Source: Tubiluchus corallicola (taxonomy: Eukaryota > Animalia > Priapulida). From it: a stretch of DNA of 64,000 nt. Position numbers and translations under genes: made by a program. The DNA is taken from positions 681,311 through 745,310 of the forward strand of contig JAQGDQ010000063.1 of assembly GCA_030141605.1 (NCBI GenBank), given 5' to 3'. The notes beneath the pieces are model-generated. The model saw only the letters and a program-made list of their open reading frames with translations. It did no database searches and had not been told where the DNA came from. This document shows positions 54,271 through 64,000 of this stretch, piece by piece; the stretch's first letter is position 1, and each line of letters opens with the position of its first letter.

Positions 54271-54921
54271 ACAAAATTTCAAAATATTTTATAGAAGGCA
54301 TTTGTACATCTTCAACACCTAAAAAAACATCCCCATAACTACAACTGTTGGGAAATACATGTATGAATTTGTACAACTCAGACGAGTTTATCAAACTTTT
54401 CACATGCAATTAAAAATACCTTCCGTTTAAATTTTATACTACGTTCATGCTACCTTTCCGTACGTAGACTTAATGGTCAAGTACAGCTATGCAAAATTTG
54501 AAACTCTAGGCACCCGAGCTAACTGCTAAGTAATGGAGCACGTAATTTCTAACTCTCTTATAATATTCAAATGAAACAGATAAAGCACCTACAGTACACA
54601 AATCACTGATTTATAGTAAAAATAAATTACACTACTTCGTGCACAAGCCTAATGCTAATGCTAATGCTAATTTTCTCTGAGCAAGTGATGCATGCTGGGA
54701 TCTTTTGTTTCTGAGGTCACTGTAGTTTCATGGTTGTTAATGTGAATTATTCAGATGACAAAGAATTTGTTTTCTAATAACCAAAGTTTATAAGTAAGAG
54801 TTCTACAAGCTAATGCAACTTTATTTTATGAGTTTTTCAAAACATACTTCAAATTTTGCTGATTTTCCCATTAAAAAAGAGCAGCAATAGCAAAGCCCAA
54901 TGAACCTTGCTAAGACGATAC

Positions 54922-55005
54922 CTATCATGTTTCCATCGAGGGTTATTGCATAAGGCACTCCAATGCGGTTTAAGCAGAACTGGTGAAATGTCCCATCTAA
55001 AACAG
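54922..55005 (-). CDS. Pentraxin domain exon
   Basis: VLDGTFHQFCLNRIGVPYAITLDGNMI resembles DG.WHH.C.TW...Y.DG; phase 1-1. Confidence 0.75.
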
Positions 55006-55220
55006 CTGACAAGAGACTACAGTCCTCCTCTTCTCCAGAGTCGCATGATACGGTCAGTTCACTAAATAATAAATGTAAATGATATCTGTACCACCATGAT
55101 CAAATTGTTGTGGATTTCATGTACAAGCAACTACTAATATCTCAGCAGTAATTTCTAATTCATCAAATGCTTAGAGGTCACTGACAGAAACGATGGAACA
55201 TGTGGTACCTCTGAGTTTAC

Positions 55221-55251
55221 CATACGGCAATAATCTGTTTCGTTGTTCTGC
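55221..55251 (-). CDS. Possible 31-nt micro-exon of pentraxin domain
   Basis: ctttag|AEQRNRLLPY|gtaaa; needed to reconcile phase 0 to phase 1. Confidence 0.4.
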
Positions 55252-55418
55252 CTAAAGCTGTGTCAAAGAGACATTAAATTTTTGTCAACAAATGTTAAAT
55301 AAAAAGAACCCACTTTCATCAATAGCAATGTTCTTACCATCTTAGCAACACCATCCTTACAAAAGCATAAGTATTAAAGCTGCTCTCTGCAGGGTGTGCA
55401 GGATCAGAACATTAGTTT

Positions 55419-57071
55419 CATTTCCTCTCTCCTCGATTGAAAATCAGCATGCTAGTTTATAATAACATGCTCTGTTAAAAGCAATAATTCACACTCTTTA
55501 ACACAGAAGTAAATACCATGGCAGGTTAATTCATTTTACCAGATTAGTTGTCCTTATTACACATACTCCTCTATATTAATTTTACATCTCTCTACATGTA
55601 TTTTGCCAATTTTTTATCTGTAAATAATTTTATTGTAGTAGTTTTGTATGTGTGTGTAATGTAGTGGCTTTTATGCATATGTAGCAGTTTTTTATATTAA
55701 CTGTGTATTGATAGTATGAATTTTCACCTGGAATAAATTTCGTATTATCATCTTATCTTAACTAATCTATAATGTTTATACCCTTACTTCAAGAACACTT
55801 GATTAAGTAATGTTCTCTTGTAACATAGTATTTATACTTCACTACGTACAATCTTGCATATGTATGTAGTTTATTGATAAAAATAATTTCATCTACAACA
55901 AATGGGGAACACACTTTAAAGTTTTGTCCATGACACGATATTTAACATCAATTCAATCTTCTTTATTAGAACAGTAAACTATTATAACATTAATTTTAAT
56001 CATATTCAGCTAATATTTTGCCACATGTTTGAAGAACTTCTTTAATTTAAAAAATGAATTTACATCGTGAAAGTTAATGTGAGTATAACTGTCTCTGATG
56101 TACTGATGTATTGGACAACTTGGCATAGATGTGAAATTGGCACGTGAGTGAACAGGTAAAATGACTGGACCCATCAAACTCAGTTTCAGAAGTATATTGG
56201 GTATAATTCTGACATATAAACAAGTGTTATTTTTATAGAGAAATTAATGAAGTGAGAACTCAGTTTCACTAGTATGTTTTCCACATGGGAATAAACATAA
56301 AATTTTGCTTTATATTTGTATGAAAAAATTCTCGAACTATAACTGCCAAAAAACAGACATGATAAAAATGGCAATAAACGCACATTTTTGTGTGATTCTC
56401 TTCTACCCAGTATCGTTTGTAATCCTCTGTAATCAAGCTAAGCTCGTTTGAACCTTCCCTTTCTCCGGTCGTATAAGAAAGTAGAGTGTAATTCCTCGGA
56501 CCAGCAGCATTGCTATCAATCTCCGCCTTGATCCACTAAAACGATCATTCATCTATTAAATAAAGTAAAGTTTCTATTTGTTTTGTTGAGTGTAGCAAAA
56601 GTGAACTAATATAAAACTAATGAAATGTTAGATTTCCATTATTATTTTTTTATCAATGAACTACATACATATGCAGGATTGTACCATAGTGAAGTATAAA
56701 TACTATAAGAACATTACAGAAGTTTTAGGAAACAACAGATGATAATATAAAATTTAATCCAGGTGAAAACCCATAATATCAATACACAGTTAATATAAAA
56801 AAACTGCTACATATGCACAAAAGCCACTACGTTACACACTCATAGAAACTACTACAATAAAATTATTTACAGATAAAAAATTGGCAAAATACATGTATAG
56901 AGATGTAAAATTAATATAGAGGAGTATGTGTAATAAGGATGACTGTTCTGGTAAAATGAATTGCCCTGCCATGGTATTAACTTCTGTGTTAAAGAGTGTG
57001 AATTATTGCTTTTAACCTAGCATGTTATTATAAACTAGCATGCTGATTTTCATTCGAGGAGAGAGGAAATG
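55419..57071. repeat. ~320-bp inverted repeat pair (55419-55740 / 56750-57071) flanking an exon
   Basis: Near-perfect reverse complement, e.g. aaaagcaataattcacactctttaacacagaag / cttctgtgttaaagagtgtgaattattgctttt. Confidence 0.9.
56407..56535 (-). CDS. Pentraxin domain exon
   Basis: WIKAEIDSNAAGPRNYTLLSYTTGEREGSNELSLITEDYKRYW (T.lSY...NEL pattern), phase 0-0. Confidence 0.8.
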
Positions 57072-57757
57072 CTATAATCAGCGATATGATTGCTGCCTAT
57101 CACAGTTTGTTAGCTACCAGCTATAGCGCCTATCACGTAAGCAGCTATTTTTCAACAGTATATAGACGGACATTAATGCACGCTAGAACATGCATGGATC
57201 TTGTCCAAATGATTCCCAAATTATCACCCACGACTATCTTGCCATGAAGAGGGCAATGATTAAACGAATTATTATTGCTATAACTTTCCGAATGGAAAAC
57301 TTATGTTTTGTTTCACAGCTGAATAACATTAACCAATACATGTACAACTTATTCTGTAAACAACGGGCACAAATTTTGAGGCACGTTAGCTTCACATACA
57401 AAAGTGTATGATTTTGACTGCTACAGCATACTACTGTTAACAACCACTACAATTTATATTGCCACAAACAATGGCAGCAATCACACCGATAATCCCAGTA
57501 GATATCTGGATAATGACTGCTCAATTGGAGAATTCAATCGATTAGAGTAATGTACGTAAAAACAACAATGAAAGCCATTTTCACAGCATGATACTGGGCA
57601 GGCAAGTGGACACACAAACATGCCTAAATAAAATATACATACCATTTAAACCTGTTAGCTGATCGCTTAGTGCTGTTACATAATTGTTAATGATCACGTA
57701 TGTATCCATTCAGTTAATTGTTCCACTAATAAATACAGTTTAAACTACTGCACCTAC

Positions 57758-57882
57758 CATGCATGCTTTAAAGTCCATTATGGTCTGCCGTATTGGTTTA
57801 GTATACTTGACATGAGCTGCTTCATTGCTTTTGGAGAATGTTATATTAACATCATCAGCATGTTCACAGACAGTTGGTTCAC
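57758..57882 (-). CDS. Pentraxin domain first exon
   Basis: EPTVCEHADDVNITFSKSNEAAHVKYTKPIRQTIMDFKACM joins the next exon to give the F..CMW motif. Confidence 0.8.
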
Positions 57883-58203
57883 CTGAAACAGTTCACACTG
57901 TTGTAGCAGAGTTCCTATAAAGTTGAACTACAACAAGCACATTGATTTGGTCTTTTTCAAACTACGATAAGCAATGACGATATGGCAGCCTTTTTATTGG
58001 AGTCGCTAATCAAAATTTTGGGTATTTCGGCACTATTTGTCTGCTATTGACTATTGACCACTGGTCAACTGATGTTTTCTTGTTTTCAGTTAACTTAAGT
58101 CTTTTCTCGACTAACAATAAGACTACATTTAAAACCATGCTTCCGTTTTTACGATGTAAGATTTAAATGGTTCTGAGATTAAATTATCGGTCAATGGGGA
58201 GTA

Positions 58204-58696
58204 CAGTCATACCTCCGTTTTCGAACGTCTCCGTACTCGTACAAATCAGTTTTTGACCAGAATATTCAAGCTAAAATTGCCTCCGTTCTCGACCAACCCC
58301 AAACACTTGATGAACACGTGCACGGCGAGCCGAGCAGAGCCGAGCGTAACCGACCGCACCCGAGAGTAGTCACGCACATGTTTCTGCTATTGCTTACGTA
58401 TACCATCACACTGCTACCAACACGTAAGGTTTTTTCATGCAGGAATAATTATGTTTTTCGTTCTAAGTAATTCTAATATGTTTTTCTTATCAGTTATATC
58501 ATATCTACTGTTTAGATAAACATTTTTACATTATTATATTTCATTTTAGTAATACTTTACAGTTCATTTGGTGCTTGAGAACGGATTATTTGCTTTTACA
58601 TTATTCCTTATGGGAATAAATGATTCAGTACTCAACCAAATCGGTTTTCACACACTTTTTACGAACGAATTATGGTCGAAAACAGAGGTATGACTG
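58204..58696. mobile_element. Tigger/pogo-like MITE, family C copy 1
   Basis: TA|cagtcatacctc ... gaggtatgactg|TA; matches 62216-62716. Confidence 0.85.
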
Positions 58697-59458
58697 TATT
58701 TAGATAAAATATCTGTACATTGATCTTTCTAGGGGCAAAGCACTTTATGAAACCATTGTGACAGACAAATTAAATTGTCAACAGTTTGGCGCATTTCGTA
58801 ATTACTGATTACTCACAGATTTTCTTGTTGGACAACATTCAGATTTTTTTGTTGGACAACATTCAGCCTTCTGTCGCCAGATTAGAAATGGAACTTGAAA
58901 ACCAGCCTATTTTAAGGTTTTGAATCAACTGTCAATCACTGATCATGGTATGAAGTTTTTTCTCTGTTCAACGGTGTCAGCTTTGTGATCAACTTAAAAC
59001 CTGACTGCCCATATCGAAGTCATATTGAGATGCACCACACAGATAATTTCAAGCTTCAAACAGTGTTTATGAATACAGTGTTGGTTTCATTTTACAGACA
59101 GTAACAGATTTAAAATTGAAATTTGTCATCAGTTTTAATCAGTGTTAAAACGATCATACAGTAAATTAGATTTCTTTATGTTAGCTGGACCCAGTTTTTT
59201 CTCCTATGTCAAATCATCCTGCTTAACTAAAATCAAGCTTTCAATTTGGAAATACAGTGACATGCCCTTAACTGATTGGTATTCGCTAACTGGTTAGCGG
59301 CCATTTATTTCAAATAAACCAACGATCAATAAAATTTTTAAAGCAAACATGGCTGAAAAAGAAGTGTGAAAAAACAGAGAATGAGTTTGTATTTGAACCA
59401 GGGATCTTTAGATTATATAACTCTGTCGCTGCGGATTCTATCATTTTTTCTCTGTTAC

Positions 59459-59557
59459 CTGTTTTACAGTCAGTATGGTGAATGTAACTCCAGAAGTTGT
59501 AAGTGGTATATACTTTACTACACACTCCTTCACATATCCCACCTTCCCAAGAATATT
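59459..59557 (-). CDS. Pentraxin-EGF protein, N-terminal Cys-containing exon
   Basis: ctgcag|...|gtaac, phase 1-1; YSWEGGICEGVCSKVYTTYNFWSYIHHTDCKT. Confidence 0.6.
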
Positions 59558-60232
59558 CTGCAGGTGACAGAAATAAAGAATATATATCATGAATTAACAA
59601 TATTAAAAATTAATATGTCATCACACCTTCTCAAACTTTTAAACATAGTATATATAACAAAAGATAAAATCTAAAAAAATCATGATTATTAATGATATTT
59701 ACTGCATTATTTTATTTGTAATACTGGTGCTGCCACCACACCGCTGCTACCAATACCAACACCATACTCATGTCACTACAAACCAAGTGAAAGGTGACTA
59801 CTTATGAGCAGGATCGTATTGGTGCCCAACACGAATTAACTGGTTATAACTAAGTTAAGTAGTGTTCATTGTATGAAATTTGTTCAATGGTAAACTGTCC
59901 ACTTTGATGCAACTATTATCACAGCTGGTAAATTTCTTAATGGTGCCAATCTGCACATAAACATTTAATGTCCATGAGACGAAGAAAGTACAAAAACAAT
60001 GAAAAAGACACTAGCTTCGATACATTTGGACGCTAATTAGAGCCTCGCCTACCAAATTCACACAGCTGTCCTGTAAAATCCTGCAAGCAACTGCATGTGA
60101 AGCAATTAAGCTTTTGAACACACGTCGCTCCATTTTTACATGGATTGGACTTGCAATCGACAACACCTAAAAACAAACATTTGATGTTACACATGTACAC
60201 AACAGCAGAAATCCGGTTCTGTCTGAGTTAAA

Positions 60233-60443
<211 letters not shown>

Positions 60444-60594
60444 TCCCCCTCCCGCAACCCCCTCCCCCCTGAGTGGGAGTTTGATAAGACAGATTCTGGT
60501 TCCACCTGTCCTAATAATTACATATCAAAACAGTGAAATAAACATCTTGACATCTCTTCTTGACAAAGCCTTTGCACAGAAGTCAAATATATAC

Positions 60595-60708
60595 CTTTGC
60601 ATACTCCGTCGGGCAACTTTATTGATCGTGGAGGAAGTTGGCCATGTCCACTTTTGTGCAACTGATCCATTACTGTATCATTTGCACCTGCTTTTCCTTC
60701 ACTTAAAA
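60595..60708 (-). CDS. Pentraxin-EGF protein, N-terminal exon
   Basis: tatag|...|gtata, phase 1-1; LSEGKAGANDTVMDQLHKSGHGQLPPRSIKLPDGVCK. Confidence 0.55.
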
Positions 60709-62215
60709 CTATAAATATAGATAACAGTTGATGTCAGAAATAATGCACAAGACAGAGCAGTGAATTGGAAGCATTCTTCGATGAGAATGGAATACCTAAG
60801 TGGTCACAAAGTGCGGCTAGGCACAAAGTTAAACAACACCATAAAAATGGATACGAAACCACCTCAAAAACTGCTTCTGGGCTATTTAACCTTATTCAGT
60901 ATGATGCATAAACATCAAAACATAACCAAAGACAACCCACTGCTGCTGATTTAGGATCTGGTTTTACAAGATTTACATTGTTAGTAGTTCTAAGATAAAT
61001 TCCCATCCTGTTACAACCATCAACATACTACGTAAGCTCTGGCATTCAATGCGGGATGCACGCTTGCACTGCGCCTAATCGTATAAGAAATAAAAAACCA
61101 GAACACAGCACTGTAGTCACTTCTTAACAGTATCCCAAGCAACCACATATGAATAATGTCAAACTTCAAGAGTCTCACTAAAAATGTTTCTCAGCAAAAT
61201 CATATATAACTCCAAAAAGACTATTGGTTTAGTTTTTTTGCACTTCACAGTTTGCTTACTCAGCTGATAATATTATTAACAAGATGATTTTGACACGCAA
61301 ATAAAAAAAACAAATTTACAAAAAATTATTTATTAAAATAACTTCAAGGTTCAATTAAAGATGAAACAAAGACACAATTAATAAATTTAGTTTTGAAATT
61401 AAAATTTGACCGAAAAGGAAGAAACATAGATGAGTCAGATCTGAGCCAGAATTTGAACCAGTGACTTCAAATAACATAATAACCATAATTAACACTATAT
61501 GAGAAATTTTGCTTACCAATATCTGCAAAGTCAATAGTTCTTGTGTAAAACCTGATGTCTCTAACAACGCCGACAAAACTTTCAGAGCTTTTAAACCCAC
61601 CCTTTTGCTCATGTTGATATTGTCCGAAGTAGAGGGAACCGCCAGCAGGTATTGGCTCTGTTCCTACCTCTGCCTTACCTTACAGGACAAGAGGATAAGA
61701 ATTAGTTCCAATGCAATAAGCAGTTACACTTTGAACGATTAACATTTCATTGACTTAAAAATGCAGAGAATACCATACACTATTTGTAGTAATAAAAATG
61801 AAATGAAGGATACGATGCATCAAAACAAATTCATAGAGTTTTTAATATGCTTAAGATTATACACATTTTTAGTCGAATTTTCTAGTCATTGTCACGCCAA
61901 CATTTAGGCACTCAATCTTACTAAAAACAGATACCTTCAGATGCCTTATAACTCAACATAATTAGGGAAATTAGCAAAAAAAAACGGTCGAATAGTGATG
62001 GGCAATTAACAGATTAATCGAAGTAATCGAAATTACAACCAAATCGATATAATTGGTGATTGAATAGTAGTAATTCAGTTAATCCAGATTAATCAAGAGC
62101 AAAATATATGTGTTACACACTGCCTACAATACAGTGTTTTAGCACAAATAAATGGAATCCATACATTTTTCTTCATATTTCTCACCTTAAACTTGCACAA
62201 TTGCAAACTATAGTA

Positions 62216-62716
62216 CAGTCATATCTCGGTTTTCAAACGTCTCAATACTCGTACAAATCGGTTTTCGACCAGAAAATTCGAGTTGAAATTGTCTCCGTTC
62301 TCGACCAGAATTTCGGTACTCGAACAATTGCCAAGCACGTGATGAACACATGCGCAGCGAGCCGAGTAGAGCCAAGCGTAACCGACCTCGCCCGAGAGTT
62401 GTCACACATGTGTTTCTGCTCTTGCCTATGTATGCCATCACACTGCTACCAACATGTAAGGTTTTTTCATGCAGGAATAATTATGTTTTTCTTTCTAAGG
62501 AATTCTATTGTTTTTCTTATCAATAATATCACATCTACTGTTTGAATAAGCATTTTTGCATTATAATATTTCGTTTTAGTAATACTTTACAGTTCATTTG
62601 GTACTTGAGAACGGATTATTTGCTTTTACGTTATTTCTTATGGGAATAAATTCAACCTAATTGGTTTTGAAACACTTTTTAGGAAAGAATTATGGTCGAA
62701 AACCGAGGTATGACTG
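62216..62716. mobile_element. Tigger/pogo-like MITE, family C copy 2
   Basis: TA|cagtcatatctc ... gaggtatgactg|TA. Confidence 0.85.
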
Positions 62717-63016
62717 TATTGAAAACTGGAAACTTCAAATTCGCTTGCCTAGTTCATGAATATGCATGTCTATAGAAATAGCTTACGAGGACGAAAATAG
62801 CAGATAGCAGCAAAAGCCATGAAGAAGTTTACAGACTGTATTTCAGTACTGCAATGTCTGGAAAATATGGATAAAACACAAAAATTGCTGCAAAAGATTA
62901 CAAGGCTATCGATATTGAACTACAAAAACAAGATTATAATTGTTGGTGTCAAGCAATTCAATCTAAAATTCTATTATTATTTGTTTTCTTTTTACAAATT
63001 TACAAATATGCATATG

Positions 63017-63802
63017 CAAAACTGTGAAGTGCAAAAAAGCTAAACAATAGTCTTTGGAGTTATATATGATTTTGCTGAAACATTTTTAGTGAGACTCTTG
63101 AAGTTTGACATTATTCATATGTGGTTGCTTGGGATACTGTTAAGTGACTACAGTGCTGTGTTCTGGTTTTTTATTTCTTATACGATTAGGCGCAGTGCAA
63201 GCGTGCATCCCGCATTGAATGCAGAGCTTAATGGTATGTTGATGGTTGTAACAGAGGAATTTATCTTAGAACTACTAACAATGAATCTTGTAAAACCAGA
63301 TCTAAATCAGCAGTGGGTTGTCTTTGGTTATGTTTGATGTTTATGCATCATACTGAATAAGGTTAAATAGCCCAGAAGCAGTTTTTGAGGTTGGTTTCGT
63401 ATCCATTTTTATGGTGTTGTTTAACTTGTGCCTAGCCGCACTTTGTGACCACTTAGGTATTCCATTCATCGAAGGATGCTTCCAATTCACTGCTCTGTCT
63501 TGTGCATTATTTCTGACATCAACTGTTATCTATATTTATAGTTTTAAGTGAAGGAAAAGCAGGTGCAAATGATACAGTAATGGATCAGTTGCACAAAAGT
63601 GGACATGGCCAACTTCCTCCACGATCAATAAAGTTGCCCGACGGAGTATGCAAAGGTATATATTTGACTTCTGTGCAAAGGCTTTGTCAAGAAGAGATGT
63701 CAAGATGTTTATTTCACTGTTTTGATATGTAATTATTAGGACAGGTGGAACCAGAATCTGTCTTATCAAACTCCCACTCAGGGGGGAGGGGGTTGCGGGA
63801 GG

Positions 63803-63899
<97 letters not shown>

Positions 63900-64000
63900 A
63901 GGAGAGAGAGAGAAGAGAGATAGAGAGAAGAGAGAGGAGAGAGAGAGATAGAGAGAGAAGAGAGAGAGAGAGAGAGAAAGGAGAGAGAGAGAGAGAGAGA
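63017..64000. repeat. Inverted duplicate of ~60236-61255, including exon copy 63542-63655 and (GA)n tract
   Basis: Near-identical reverse complement over ~1 kb; mirrored ORFs 60167/63745 and 60232/63536 in the ORF track. Confidence 0.93.

Noticed and set aside
62108-62545. 145-aa ORF as a transposase
   Set aside because: Chance ORF across a non-autonomous MITE; no DDE/HTH motifs

Overview
AT-rich, intron-rich animal (invertebrate-like) genomic DNA; it is not prokaryotic, and most ORF-track entries are noise. Three spliced genes, all on the minus strand, could be rebuilt with phase-consistent GT-AG exons. (1) An FBXL13/DRC6-like F-box/LRR gene (about 10.0 kb to beyond the left edge) with an unusual 741-nt Ser/Arg/Lys-rich exon. 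(2) MANF/ARMET (45371-42270, 4 coding exons, CKGC motif, C-terminal HVEL). (3) A pentraxin-domain plus 20xEGF protein (about 60.7-49.6 kb) whose EGF array lies in one 2.4-kb exon. The most interesting signal is on the plus strand in the apparently empty 13-34 kb interval: two paralogous single-TM microproteins (58 aa at 25013-25189, below the ORF-track cut-off, and 78 aa at 32770-33006). They share an identical GNLIYYFAIKP motif encoded by heavily synonymously diverged codons, and I do not recognise the family. The rest is many MITE-type non-autonomous DNA transposons, a tRNA-derived SINE, microsatellites, a 3x ~190-bp tandem repeat, RFX X-box motifs and a ~1-kb inverted duplication at the right edge. 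Exon boundaries were read by eye and have no transcript support.
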